From positions 32,798,001 to 32,862,000 of the forward strand of contig OZ296656.1 in assembly GCA_965655095.1 (NCBI GenBank): a stretch of 64,000 bases of DNA, read 5' to 3'. Of this stretch, positions 13,633 through 27,283 are shown piece by piece. Under the pieces are notes generated by a model, which had not been told where the DNA came from, searched no databases, and saw nothing but the letters and a program-made list of their open reading frames with translations. Both the position numbers and the translations under genes were made by a program. Numbering within the stretch: position 1 is the stretch's first letter; every line of letters begins with the position of its first letter. Origin of the DNA: Haplodiscus bocki (Eukaryota).

Positions 13633-15499
13633 GTGTACTGCTTATTATCCTATTGCCCTATAAATATTATTCATGACTTGTTTATTACTTCAAAAGAGGT
13701 AAAATTTACTCTTATCTCGTATTCGTCCCTCAGGTACTTTTTTGTCTTTAATGAGAAATGTCTAGATATAGCTGATTTTGTTGATTGCGTTAATTTGAAG
13801 GAAAAAGTACAGGGTGGCCGCTTTTAGTAATTTATGATTACATTTTTGGTAAAATGGGAGTTAAGTTGGAAGTTTGTTGACTTTTAAAGGCTCTTTTTCA
13901 AAACTGCAGACTTTTTCCAGGATCTTCAACGAAAATAAGTTCCCAAAACACAAAAAAAACGAAGCGGTAATGCAGAGATTAATCAAAGTGACCATGGTAC
14001 TAACGAATGAGAGTCCAGTCTAACGCAAAAAATACTTTACGAAATGGTAGCTTTGACGGCATATCTTAAATTATGATGTCGTTTTTGAGATATGAACAGA
14101 TAAAAATTGTTAATCATGCTAGTTAACTTCTTTTCTAACTCGTAATGCTCGAACTAATCTTTCGCTTCTGAAGATTTGGATATTTGAATCGAAAGCTTCC
14201 TGTGAAAAATCGAGGATGTCTCAGAAAAAAACACATGCCGAGGTTGACATGCAGTTGTTCATTTTGTTCACAAATGCCGAAAATCAGCTTTAAGGATTAA
14301 AACTGAACTCCGTCGAGTTTTCAGAAACGCAACTAAATTGGAAGCCGTCTATCAAACCGCGTAAAACGTCATAATTTCAACGGCCGCGCTTTGGTTAGAG
14401 CAATTTTGTCCCTGTACAATGTCTTTCCACCCGAAGCTTACTTCAATTAATAAATTGTTAGCTGGCCTTACATGCAGAAGTAAAAGCTTAAGATAGTCCT
14501 GCTTTAAATTCTCACCGCTGTCGTAGAAAAGCCGAATCTTGTGATGAATCAATCGTAGTGAAGTGCCACTTGATCCGTTCCCGACTTACTTTTACGGAAA
14601 CGGGTCAAAAATTGGTTGAAAATTGCCGACTGCTCTTGGCTATTTTGTGACTTGAGTGGTAAATCCTTTCAAATGTAGATGCACATTTTCTAGTCCCAGT
14701 TTTGCTGATAACTTACTTTACTAGAATATTGTTTTCTTTAGAGGTGTGTATGGCTTTTAAGAGCAAGTCGACAAGCCAGAAGTAAATCAAGCTAAATCAG
14801 GCATAGGATATTAAAAAGATTAGAATTTTTTGAGCCGAATTTTCTTTGTGATACCCTCATTTTTTTGCTTAGTTGATGGGCCGCGCCAACTCGAACAATT
14901 TTTGAACGATTTTTAGCTACACTCGGAAGTCAGCATGAGCGCAGGCGCTGATCTTCCTTGTCATCATCATCATCATTGTGTCTTATCAAAAGATGCTTCA
15001 TACTTTTCTTTTACAGTCGCACTCTGCGGTTCCCATTAAGAGTCACACCTCGAACTGTCTGAGCCTCAAAAATGGTGAGCCACTTCTAATGGAACTTTTT
15101 CCTTTTCCCCCACGCATTGCCAAATTTCAATTCAAATTGAATTTCGAATGGATAACGAAAAGATTTCGGAAGGTTTTTTCACACGTTTAAACAATGTTGA
15201 GTGACAGTGCCAAAGTAATCCATTATAATGAAAAATATTTGGGAAATTTGGAAAGGAAACATCGTTTGGGAGGCTCTAATTTTGACCTCGCCTTGTATTG
15301 ATATTTGACTTTGCTGAAAATTTAAACAAGACGGCCGACCAGCACCGGCATATTTTTCGAAAGGAATACAAATATTTTGATCAACATTTGCCCACAGTTA
15401 AAAACGAGACTACTGTTTAAAATCTAGTTTGCGAAAGTTTTCTACAAACATCAATTCCACCACTGATTTCCATATTCTATGCACGACTTTTCGTTCAGA

Positions 15500-16880
15500 T
15501 TTTTTTTGTCTCACTGTACCGAAAAATTTTATGCATCAGAGAGGGGGGAGGGGGTATCAAGATTTTCCGTCGAAAATTTTTTGTCTCACAGTGCCGAAAA
15601 TTTCCGTAGGGGGAATCCTTTAGTGTTTCATTAATTTCGGGTATCGAAAAATTTTATGCTTCAGAGGGTTATGTCACGATTTTCGATTTTCTGTCGAAAT
15701 TTTTTTGTCTCGCAGTGCCGAAAAATTTGGTAGGTGAACCCTTCTGTGCTGTGTTTCAGAAAATTTCCGATGGCGAAAAAGTTTATGGATAAGAGGGGTG
15801 GGGGAGTTTCAACATTTTCTGTCAAAAATTTTTTGTCTCACAGTGGCGAAAATTTTCGTAGGGGGGGGGGGAATCCTTTAGTCTTTCATTAATTTCGGGT
15901 ATCGAAAAAGTTTGGATAAGAGAGAGAGGAGGGGGGGGGGGGAGAGGGAGTATCAAGATTTTCCGTCGAAAATTTTTTGCCTCACAGTGCCGAAAATTTC
16001 CGTAGGGGAATCTTTTACTGTTGCAATAATTTCGGGTATCGAAAAAGTTTGGATAAGGGGGGGGGGGGTATCACGATTTTCCGTCGAAGTTTTTGTCTCA
16101 CTGTACCGAAATATTTCATTGGAGAACACTTTAGTGTTGCAGAAAAATTCTTTTATCGAAAATTTTCATGCATAGGAGGGGGGGCATCACGATTTTGTCG
16201 AAACTTTTTGTCTCACAGGACGGAAACGAAAAGTTTTGTAAAGAAACTCTTCTGTTTTCCGGAAAATTTCTGGTATCGAAAAAAGTTTATGGATAAGAGG
16301 GGGCATATCACGATTTTCAGTCGAAATTTTTATGTCTCACTGTACCGAAATATTTCATTGGAGAACACTTTAGTGTTGTAGAAAAATTCTTTTATCGAAA
16401 ATTTTCATGCATAGGAGGGGGGGGGCATCACGGTTTTGTTGAAACTTTTTGTCTCACAGGACGGAAACGAAAAGTTTTGTAAAGAAACTCTTCTGTTTTC
16501 CGGAAAATTTCTGGTATCGAAAAAAGTTTATGGATAAGAGGGGGCATATCACGATTTTCAGTCGAAATTTTTATGTCTCACAGTGCCGAAAAATTTCGTA
16601 AGGGAATCCTACTGTTTTTGAGAAAATTTCTGATTTCGAAAAGTTTTATGGATGAAAGGGGGGTATCACGTTTTTCCGTCGAAAATTTTTGGTCTCACAG
16701 TGCCGAATAATTTCGTGGGCATCCCTTCAATGTTTCAGAAAATTTGGGGTATCGAAAAATTTTATGCATAATAGGGGGTATCACAATTTTCCCTCGAAAC
16801 TTTTTTGTCTCACAGTGCCGAAAAACTTCGTAAAGGAACCCTTTAGCGTTTCATTAATTTCGGGCATCAAAAAATGCTAA
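15500..16880 (+). repeat. Satellite-like tandem array, 12 units of mostly ~115-145 bp, including a ~240-bp dimeric higher-order duplication
   Basis: Anchor TGTCTCAC(A/T)GT(G/A)CCGAA or a variant at ~15507, 15582, 15707, 15834, 15978, 16094, 16209, 16333, 16450, 16574, 16691 and 16806. Units also share gtatcgaaaaa, ggataagagggg and tcacgatttt. Confidence 0.95.
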
Positions 16881-16899
16881 GGATAAATTGTAAAAATAT

Positions 16900-16972
16900 T
16901 TGGCACGACAGAGACTCGAACCCGGAACCTACTGATTGAGAACGCTGTTGTCCTAACCATACTGCTGTCATT
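16900..16972 (-). pseudogene. tRNA-Glu(CTC)-like derived segment (Pol III A/B boxes)
   Basis: Minus strand: GCAGTATGGTTAGGA...GCGTTCTCAA...CCGGGTTCGAGTCT, matching tRNA-Glu landmarks TGGTTAGGA, TCTCA and CCGGGTTCGA. Acceptor and anticodon stems do not pair. TTTTT follows within ~10 nt. Confidence 0.6.
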
Positions 16973-19078
16973 TATTTTTGAGTAAAAAGAGTTGGCAGTT
17001 TTTGTCAGATAAAAAAAAAGGAAAAACGACCCTACTGAATGAAAATTTTTTCTTGTATGTTACATATACTGCGAAAAATAATAATCTTTCTTGTATATTA
17101 CATATACTGCGAAAAATAAAAATGTTTTGTCGGTGGTTGTTCACATAATCGAACTTTGCTTAGTCTTCGACTCCCAAGTTGTGCGCTTTCCCGGTCTCAA
17201 CTGATGCAAATTTTGGTGGAAACGAGTAAACTCCAAACTTCTGACTGATAAAGCTGATGAATCTGAAATTTTATTGGATGTCCCTCATTCTTAGAACCTT
17301 CTTTCTTATTGTCAGCAACTATCAACCGACCCTCTAGAAAATAATCCTAAATTTTAATAGGAACCACGGAGTTTTTTTCGGCGGGAAGCTCTCTCTGCTT
17401 TAGGTTCCAAGGACTTTTAATGTACAGTGATGAAAATAATTGTTTTTTTTGAAACATCTAATTCAATTCCTTACATCCGTCGCTCATTCGAAACAACTCT
17501 AAATTCATATTCGTGCGTCTGGAAGCTGAGGATTGTAACAGATGTGCATATAACATATCAGGTCTGTCGGAAATAATATTGTAAAATGCTCAAAAATGGG
17601 AGTTGTCGCAACTTTGTATGAATATGGGATGGCACAATTATGATTCAGTAGCGCCAGGCTTCTATCTTCGGAAGGTGGACAAAAATCAGCTTGAAAAATT
17701 ACATTTGGACGGCAGAAAAACAGAAAGCAGCTTAGCGATGCTGCAATTGTTGCCCAATAAATTTTTCATCAGTTGATCAAAGCATGAGCCAAAATTTCTG
17801 GCCGCTGAAAAATTGATGAGTTGAAGCTAGTGCATTTTTGCTGAGAAAAAACTTCTATTGTATATTGCTGAAGATGAGTTCTAATTCATGAATGGAAAAC
17901 AAACAATTGTTGAATTTATCTAATCAATTTCGATTTGGTTCTTTCTTTTTAAAATTGAACACGACTACTATACTGAACTACTGCAGCATTTTACCACCTT
18001 TGGGCTATTCTTTTCCCTTTGAAGTTACCGAGATTTGAGCTAGCATTTCTAATCCAAGGTATTGAAAGATTAGTTCGTGCTGTGTGTTGACGGGTATAGG
18101 TTTCATCATGTTTCTGATCGTTCATGTATCGTATTTTCATATATTGTCGTGTGTGTATTTCTTGTTTAACCTCATATAAAAAGTAGTGATCATTCAAGTA
18201 GTTGCTGCCTGTGAGGCTCAAAATATGTACTTCTTGGACTTTTTGGCTACGGAAAAGGGGTTTGTGCGAAAATTTTTTACATGGGTTTTTAAGATACCTC
18301 TTAAAAATGAAAGGTAGCTCCAGGTAAGCTGGGTTACAAATCTTTCACGTGATCCATTTTGTGTGGCAGCGTATATATTTCCATTATTTGTGAAATCTTG
18401 TATTGATGTATCATGCACGACACTGAGCTTGAGGCTGTGTCGTATTTTTTAGCCCGGATCCGGAATTGTCATCTTTCGCCCGTCTTAAAGTGTAAAAACA
18501 GCTTCTTTTTACAGAAAATCGCTTCAGCCCCCGCAACCGATTTTGAGTGGTAGCTTTTACAGCTAGTAGCTTGTAGCCAATTAAGTTCATGAAAAGTAAG
18601 TTGAATATTGACGAGAGAAGGGGTCGAACTCGCAATCGTACCCACTAGGCTTATTGTACTGGAATAATCAAAACCATATGCGTAAATCTTTGCAACCAGG
18701 GGCCAGCATGAAATGATTAGTGACAGGTAATTGCGATAATTATTATGAAAATTTGGATTACTATTTTTTGGAGCACTACGAAGTTCCCTGTCAAAATAAA
18801 GTCAATGCCTCTGAACTAATTCGTTTTGCTTATGAGTTGCTACAGCCTCGTTTGCGAAGTGATTCGAGGTTTCAAAAGTGTCATTCCAATGCTGTTCCAC
18901 GACTTTAAAGTTTCTAGTCGAATTCGGCTGTGCCAGGAAATCCGACGACAATGGATATTTTGCATGGCATTGTATTGTTGCACTTCTAGATGATTTGCTA
19001 TTTTAAGGCATTGATCGAAACTCAACTCATTCTTCGCAATGATGTCGCACCAGTATCAACTCTTACGTGAATGTATAA

Positions 19079-19515
19079 CAAGACACCCGGCTACCACCGG
19101 GATATTTTAAGTTCTTCAACTTTGTTGAAGATGTTTTTTAGAATGCTGAAAGCGGTATTTTTAACTTTCTAATTTTCCAACTTTTCAAAATTTTAAAATT
19201 TTCTGAATTTGAAAAACTTCAATTTTGGTCAAAAAAGACATTTTGAAAAAAATATCACTTGATACGTATTCTACTGCAAAATTGCCAGCTTACCGATTTT
19301 GATATAAAATCATGTTTTTTCCAAAAACCCAAATCTTTCTATTTTAGTCGCATTCTATGGCCAATTGGCTATAATTTGGTGATGAAAGTTTTTCAAATCC
19401 AGAACCGTCGGATTTTCGGACATTTTCAATTGGCAAGTAAATGTAAAAAAAACACGCGTTGCGTGGATGATTTTCTTTCCATAGAAAATAATGAAACGAG
19501 AGAGCATAATAATAA
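19079..19515 (-). mobile_element. Short Helitron-like non-autonomous element (hairpin-CTTG family)
   Basis: Plus strand AACAAGACA-CCCGG-CTACCA-CCGGG is a minus-strand hairpin followed by CTTG|TT. Body aligns with the reverse complement of 24050-24545 and with 44151-44430. Confidence 0.6.
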
Positions 19516-22500
19516 ATGGAGCGATTAGAAGAAGCCTTTCTATGTTTAATTTTCCTACATCCCGGATGTTAATTTCGTTCCTGCTAATATAACTCAGAAA
19601 GTGACCTTCTTGACATTGTTCATGTAACCTCCCGAGGAGATCTTGTTGCTCATTCTTCTCCGCAATGCTTTCGAGTGGCTGTTTTCTTGGTTGCTAAGTG
19701 ATTCAACTTTTCTCTCGTGTTGTTTGTCAATTTTATCCTTTTACGCTACACTGGTCAAAAAGTTATTCTCATCGATCGGATAGACGCTAATAGCCCATGA
19801 ACAATTTTTTTCTGCGTAATGCGAGCCATAGCAAAATATTCAAAACAGTAGTTTTCTTTTTTCTCCGCCGATCAACCAACACCTTTTTCTGCTATCCGCT
19901 ATCTTGTCTGTATTTAACTCCATTGATCTGTCTTCCCTCATCGTATGCACTTTATGCAATCATATCCACTGCAAGCACACAGCGTTGCTTCAAAACTTTC
20001 ACTTTCAGAAAGTTTAGATTTGGGATGGAAAATTTCTCTCGAGGGCTGATAAAACTCGGAAATTTAAGAGTTCCAAAAAAATGGCCTGGAAAAGTTCCTC
20101 TGAACCTTTAATGAGTTTTGAACGTTTCTAGGCGTTCGCAGTTGATGAAAAAACTATCAAGTTTTTTGGAGGTTTGTCGACATCTGCTTATTTGGGAAGC
20201 CTAAGTAATGTGATCTGTTTCAAAGAGACCGACTATTGGGTGCTTAAAAAAGGAATTGAAAAGAAGTGGGACATATCTAAGACGATTCAAGATCATATAC
20301 TGCCTCGTACTTCAGAAAAAACCAGCAAACTTATCTTCAATTCCATTTTGTTAATCAGTATCGAAACGGAAACCAAAAGATATTATACGATCCATATCCA
20401 GACAAGACAAAGCAAAACCGGACTCTTCTGCCTCACTAATTATTATCAGAGCCGAAGGCGAAAAATACTACAGAGGCGATCCTGAGTTTTTATTCCAGAC
20501 GTGCAGAATGTTTACTGCCACACCGCGCATGTCACGACTAACTGTCGCTTAGTCCAACGGATTTGCTCACATTGTTTTATTGCTACCTGACCCGCTGTTG
20601 CGCCAGGTTGCTTTCTTAAGCAGCCATTATCTGTTTCCATCGGTTTTTAATATTATTTTTGAGAAATTCTTTTTTCTTCCCAATCAACTTCTTTGCTACA
20701 ACTTCATTAGAAGTGATATAACTAAATGTTTTTACTGATATCCTCGATTTTTTTCGCAAATTTTATGAAGTAACGTATGTGAAAAACACTAATAATAGTT
20801 TCGACCTATAGTCAAATGTAGCGGTCGTCTGTTATATAACACGTATGCACCAAGGAGGATGAAAATCCACTTGCTACTCTTTCAAATCCGAACTTTGATA
20901 TTCTTTTCAGGCTGAAGTCTTGATATAAGATATACTTTTTTGAACCAGAAGTGAACCTCCTCGCGCCCTAGGGCGCCACTTTTTCATTTGGTAGCCTCGA
21001 AATGGCGCTTTTAATACTTGGGTTTTATTATTCGAGACGAGCCAGTGGTCTATTTTGAAACCTCACTGGATACATTTACAAATTTGCTGAAGTTGGTTGC
21101 CAGATACTGCTGTGTTGCGGAAAAATACTTATTATCCATGTAGTTGACACATACAGTAGCCTTTCGAGTAGCCTTTCGTAATTTCAATTCAAATAGTGCT
21201 GTTGTCTTCCACGGAATTTTAGTTCGTTTTCCGTGGTAATCAAAGTTTGCGATACAAATCTTAAAACGGCCAACTACGTTTCGTTAGGCTTTTTCTCGTC
21301 CTCCCAACTCTTTTTTCCATAGCTGCATTCTGGACTTTCTCTCAAGGTCTAAGTCGACAACTTCCTACCTGTAGAAGATTTTCCAAAATAATATCCTGAG
21401 TTCTAGGCCTTGCATCAGAAAAATGTTAGGCTAAACTTACGAAAAACTTTTTAATTTTGATTTCTCTTGTTTTTTTTTTCACTCGTTTGTCTGCAAACCA
21501 TCGATAGTTTTAAATTTGTAGGTTACTCGAACATAATAAGGGTTTTTCCTTAAATTAGAAACCCGACAATGCCGCCAAGAATTCCGATTTAAGTGTTTTT
21601 CGATCGGCCGAATCATTTTCTACGAAACCATGAGCTGATTTTAGTCCAGCAGTGATCTAATTGAGAGCAACAATGACCTTAATGACCTTTTCGTTGAAGA
21701 AAATAATTAACTGCAGCTAGTTTCAAAACTACATATCACGGGAGCTGAGGTTTCAAAAGAGCCCAAAAGACCCTACGCATTTCACGAAGGGTGCTTTGAA
21801 ACATTTGTTCGGTTGCTGTGTGATTCTGTTTGTTTTCCTTGGAGTTTTATGATGGAAAATATCCGAGAAAAAAATTGTCCTCAATTTTTCCAAAGTTCTG
21901 GCGACCCTTCCATGTATGAAAAATAGAAAGATAAGCTTCCAACAAGCTCAATATTTTTATCTGAAAACGCAATCGAATCCAATCCTTAGCAGCCTGATGT
22001 TTCCGCCACTATCCAAAGGCATTTTTTAGGACATTTTCATTAAGTAAACAAAGAAAATATTGAAGTTGTCTTTCTTTCTAAATTGCGAACGTTTTATCTT
22101 GAGGGCTGAGTTTCTAATTGAGCCAGGCTTTCATCCAGCTGTATGAAAACAGTAGTTTGGGCCTTTTGTGGGGGTTTTTGTGTCGTCTTGGTTGTTTCCT
22201 TGCATTTTTAGGAAAGTTCGAAAAAAAATGCTTTTCCCTGATTTATTTCCACAGTTTTGCCGTCTTTCAGAATTCAAATTTTCTGCACATCAGTTTTCAA
22301 CCAGCTGAATGTTTGGCTGAATATATAATGTTGAATAGACATTATATCTGGTTTCTAGGTGGTTTGAGGTTTTCAAGGCGACACAGCCGACTTTGAGGAA
22401 TTTTTCATCAGGAAAAACGAAGATATTCTATTTGCTTCATTTTCTTTTTTGGTGCATTCAAAACGGTATATCTTAGCACCTGTGCTATAAAAAGAGCAGA

Positions 22501-24049
22501 AATTTGCTGCAGTATTACTTGAAAAAGTGCTTTTTTTCGTTACCCAACAGTTTCACAAATCGAACTGAAATTAATCAACCGTGACCGTTCATCATCCGTT
22601 TATACTCGCCTTTGGTAGAAATAAGGACCCCAAGGCCTATTGCTTTTACTTTTTTGTGAATCAGAAAATACCAGGACGGAAGATCGATAACGATTTGGCT
22701 GACAAATTATGCGACGGAGAGTGACTGCATGAAATTCTGGTGACCGGATGAAGCTGTATATGCTTTTTGGGAACTCCGATGTCTGAATTTTATCCATTCT
22801 ACTAATTTGTTCATCTAATGAACGAAGTTCTCAGTTTGTTTCCGTGCACTTTAAGTGTGGATCTTCAGCAATTGAAAGCACTTGCAAGTCCCTCCTAATT
22901 GTTTCGAATTCTCTCAAATGTCCATTTTCTTTTGCTTGATATTTTGTGCGTTTTCGATATTTTCGTGAAAATAGCTAACTTTTTTGGCTCTGCAACTTCT
23001 TTAGCGCTTTTTGTCTAGTATCCTTGATGCCTGTGTTTTCTTCTCTAGACAACATACTCATTTCGCAGTCACCCTTTTCACAGAATTTTTCAAACCTGAG
23101 CTTCTTTCTGATGCCATAAATTGCACTGTACATTAAAAGCCTGGAAAACCCCCTGCTTTTTTCATTTTTGAGTGGGCTCTGTGGTTATAACTAAAATACC
23201 CGACTATAGTAATATTATGGTAATTTTTGCGAAGGTATAAATGCAAACTTTTGTGATCCCTCTTCGCAACATCACAACATTCAAAGTTCTTCAATCGAAT
23301 AATTTTTGACGAAAATATCAAAAATTTTGTGATACCTCCCAATTTTGATTTTGAGGTCGAATTTTTTTCGTGATAGCCTATACTTTCCAGGTCCAAAATT
23401 TTTGTAACGTTGGGCAGCAACGTTAATGCCCAAAATCTTCGTTGCTTGTCTTAATTGGTTGTTGCAAATGCATTTCCCAGGGACCTTAGGATGTAGCAAA
23501 GAGTACCCGTACGAAGAAATGTTTCCACGCTCCGCGCAAAATTCCCAATCCTCAAATTTTCAGTCTGGTATAGTATTTTGGAAAACAGGAAGCTTTCTAA
23601 AGACTGAAGCGTCCGATCTACGAGTATTTTGAGCCTTACTGGTGGAGCCGATTTGGCCGTTATGGGGTTGTTTTTTCTAAAGACAGGTATCAGTCTGTAT
23701 ACGACATTTTTACTAACCGGCATTGCTACCAACTGCCATACTATATACGGTCCATACTTTTTACTAAACGTTCCAAAGACATCTGCGTTCGAAGTAGGGG
23801 GACCTGATTTTTCCCTTTGATTTTCGATAGAAAATTGTCTTGAAAACTTATTTGGAATGGAGTTTCCAAACTACTCATTCGTTTTTGTCTTTTGAGAAAA
23901 GCATTGACCCAATCTTGGTGGATTGAACAAGTCTTTATATGCTTTGGTTGTCAATGTTACAGCAGGGTTTACTGTATATTTTTAGCGAGTGCAGGACGCT
24001 GTGACTCGATTTAGTTTGAATTTTCACTGAGGCTATCCTTTGAATGTAG

Positions 24050-24545
24050 AATACTTTTTTTCCACCATAAGTTTAATATGGGAGGAGAATCATCCATTAA
24101 ACGTGAACGTTTTTTTAACGCTGTTTGCCAATTGATAATGTCCGAAAGTCTGACCGCTCTGTTTTTGAATTGTTTAATCAACAGATTATAGCAAATTTGC
24201 CGTATAATGCGACTGAAATAGTACGATGTCTCAAAAGTTACAAATTTTGGGTTTTTTGAAAAAAAATTAATGTTTTTTTTGAATAAAATGAATTTTTTCA
24301 AAATTGGAAAGTGGCAAATTTGCTCTAGACTGCGTGCCAAATGATATTATTTCATAAAAAAATGTCTTTTTTTTTCTTTGAATTGGCTGTATTTAGCAGA
24401 AATCAGAGAAATTTTAAATTTAAAAAAATTGTCAAAGTTTGCTGAAGATAGTATTTTTTCGGAAAAAAACGCTTTCATCTTTCTAAAAGGTATCTTTAGC
24501 AAAGCTAGAGGGCGGAAAATATTACGGCGCTGGCCAGCCTTTTTG
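24050..24545 (+). mobile_element. Hairpin-CTTG family element, inverted relative to the 19079 copy
   Basis: Ends aatattacggcgctggccagcctttttg|tt. Internal aatcatcca, tttgccaattga, attatagc and tggcaaatttgctctaga match the reverse complement of 19079-19515. Confidence 0.6.
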
Positions 24546-26180
24546 TTAACTAACCACACGCACTGATGAATAAGATCATAAGTGGTGGGTTAACGCACGT
24601 ACGACTGGTGCGGAACGTTGACACTTGAGAAATTCCGATTTGCCTGAAAATGCGGAAGCTTCCTTTTTATAAAGGCTGGATTCATTTAAGGAGAATTTCT
24701 TTTCGATAGAATCAATTTAACTGAAGAGATTATTGTTTGTCATTAAAATTTGCAGATCGCATTAAAATCTGGGCTTGTAAAGATTTTCTGTCGACTCTAG
24801 GGTTCAGCAACCTCTCAAGTTCAAGTAGTATATTTTGTGCGTTCAATTTCCAGAATTATTAAATGACATTAACAAAATTATGTTTTTCTGTATTTAATAA
24901 ATTAGACAGTAACATATTATAAATTTTCTATTGTAAAGTGCATTGATTGGTGGCTGCCGCAACAAAATTCATAACCCGAGGTAACGCAGGAATATGTGTT
25001 TCATGTTGAAGATTGGTGGGACGAATGGGTACAAAAACTATGGATTTTTTTGGGTGAAAAGGCGTGTGAAAACGTTTGATATCCCCGTCGGTTTTACCAA
25101 AAATTTTGGAACTACGACCGCAAAAATTATTTTCTGTTTTTTGACCAATTAAATCGTTCGCGGCAAATATGAAACACTTTGCTCTAGGAATCGCGATTAA
25201 TCGAAGCGAAATCCTCAAGCGACCGGGGAATCTCATTACCTATAATTTGATGAAACTGTCGAAAGATCCTACAGTGTGAAGAGCGAAGAGCTGTTGGGTT
25301 TGGCTAGTTGCCCAGGTTGACCAACCATTGATAATGACCAATAGGCATTAATGAATCGATATCCATTGGTAGCTATCTTTAAAAGTGCAATGATGGTTGA
25401 TGTAAAATCGATGGAGGTTTCATGGTCCATTGGTGAAAGTCAGTCAGATGTCAACAAACAAGAATCGGGTTTTTGTTTGTTTGAAGATAGCAGTTAACAT
25501 TTGAAATCAAAGAATCAAAAAAGTTTACATTCTTCTCGATTTTTTAAACAAAGAGTATTTGAAGTGGAAATTGCCATTTTTCCTACTTGATACCTTTGCC
25601 TTTTTTTGTCCAGAAGACACTTTTTGTGACCAGCCTTCAAGACTGGTGCAATGCACTAACACTGAGCTTTGCCGGCGTGTTTTTAAATATTTAGACTCGA
25701 AGGAAAAGTTCATTAAACCTTCAGATTTAGTTTAGCTGCAGAGTTGAACACTTTTTAATGTCATGGCTCCGGTTGACTAACAATTTATGGCGTTTCATCT
25801 TCGATCTTTGATTATTATCATTCTGCTCTCATTAAGCTGTAAATTTGATTTTTATGGCAATTTCTTTTATTAGACTCAGAAATTGTTCCGACTCGTTTGT
25901 ATTCATTCGAACGTCGACATGATAATGATAGACTCAACCAATTCAAATGATGTTACATTCTTTACTTCAGACTGCAGAAATCGGCACCTGTCAAAGGTGT
26001 TTTTGTGCAAAGCGAAGCTTGAGAATAGGAAAAGTAAAAAGTATAACTTATTGATCAGCCGACACTTACATGTTTTTCTCAAAATTCACTAGTGCTCAAG
26101 TTTCAATTCGAACCATGTTTCTTAAATCCGCCAAAACGTGTTAGAGGGATATAACTAATAAATCGGAACAAAGTTGCTAA

Positions 26181-26478
26181 TATGTCGAAATTCAAATAGA
26201 ATGCCTTTTTATGTCAACATATTCGAGAATGGTAATTTTCACTGCTGTCAATGTTATGCATTGTAAGCCAACTACCGGATTGTGAACGAAATTAATATCG
26301 CATTCAAATACTTGAAATTACTAGTAATTTTACTCCATCACGAACTGTCTGAAAAGATTCTACTGTAATAAAACAACTGCTTTCCGCAAAACGTGTTTTT
26401 GGTGACTAGTGTGTTTTCATTTTTCTTCCATTGAGTAAAATCAGCTGAGGGGGTATAAGTAACTTGTTACCACTGGGG
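26181..26478 (+). repeat. Dispersed repeat, homologous to 35787-36103
   Basis: Shared tatgtcgaaattcaaat, tggtaattt, gcattcaa, actgctttccgcaaaac, ttttcatttttct and aacttg(t/g)taccactgg. Confidence 0.75.
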
Positions 26479-27055
26479 GGTATGTAAGTGAGATGGTCCT
26501 TTAATTCGAAACGGTCTAGTGAAATCGAAAAACTTCCGTCTGAAAGAATGAATTGATACTTGCTTTTGTTGAGTCAAATTTTCGTGCAAACACAAGTCAT
26601 TTTGCACTCTAGCCATGCTATTTTATCACGCTCATATTCAATTTTCCGTTTCAAACCTCCAAATTCTACAGTCCTCACTCCAAAATTGGGTGAAAATGGA
26701 ATGAGGGTTAAGGGGGCCCCTATGGACCAGCATTGCCAATACTGGGAAAATTGGAGGCAATTTTTTTATTTTCCGTCTGAATGCATATTACGAAAAGGAA
26801 ATCATTCCCTCAGTATGTAGACTTTTTTCTCTCCAGTTCATTGCCAATTCTGGCTGCGCCAACTGCTAAATTTTCGGAAAAAAATCTATTCGTCGAAAGT
26901 GTTCCCTCGGAAAACCCAGCCGAAAATATTTCACTCAAAATCCGAAAAAAACGACAATTTTCAAAAATACGCTTTAAATGTTCCTCTGGACACGTAGGTT
27001 TGAAAATACCAGATTTTTCAAAAAACCGAAAAAAAATCATTCTTGAGAAAAGTTA

Positions 27056-27283
27056 TTACATTTGCGCTTGCACGTGTTTGATCACAGGCTTCTGAATGCT
27101 TTTTCCGATCCGTTCACAAATCGCACAAGTTCCTAGATTTTGACCGGAGAGAAGGGAGTGTCCTAGGCGCGAACCTGGGACCTTTCGCGCCGTATTTGAA
27201 TGATTTACTGACAGTGCCATTGCGGCTTGAGAATCAGAAGTTTTATTTAAAAAATCAAGCGAATGAAATATTATGGCGTTTCA
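27056..27283 (-). mobile_element. Second copy of the tRNA-derived SINE-like repeat (see 8670-8895)
   Basis: agaagggagtgtcctaggc.cgaacct, tactgacagtgccattgc and atcaagcgaatgaaatatt are shared with 8763-8886. Confidence 0.65.

Larger units (their letters stand above)
15327..17121 (-). mobile_element. Non-autonomous Helitron/Helentron-like element carrying a satellite array and a tRNA-like segment
   Basis: Minus-strand end is hairpin GCCG-n8-CGGC followed by CGTCTTG|TT (15327-15349). The other end (aaaacg..tgaatga..atatactgcgaaaaataataat, ~17023-17121, last 38 bp duplicated) resembles the far ends of 19079-19515 and 24050-24545. Confidence 0.55.

Noticed and set aside
15500-16880. CRISPR-like array
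   Set aside because: Whole units are homologous with no unique spacers, there are no cas genes, and the context is eukaryotic. It is a satellite.
15429-16880. ORFs of 63-134 aa inside the satellite
   Set aside because: They are translations of the repeat unit (FCLTVPK recurring) with no coding signature.
16900-16972. Functional tRNA-Glu gene
   Set aside because: Acceptor and anticodon stems do not pair; only promoter boxes and loop landmarks remain.
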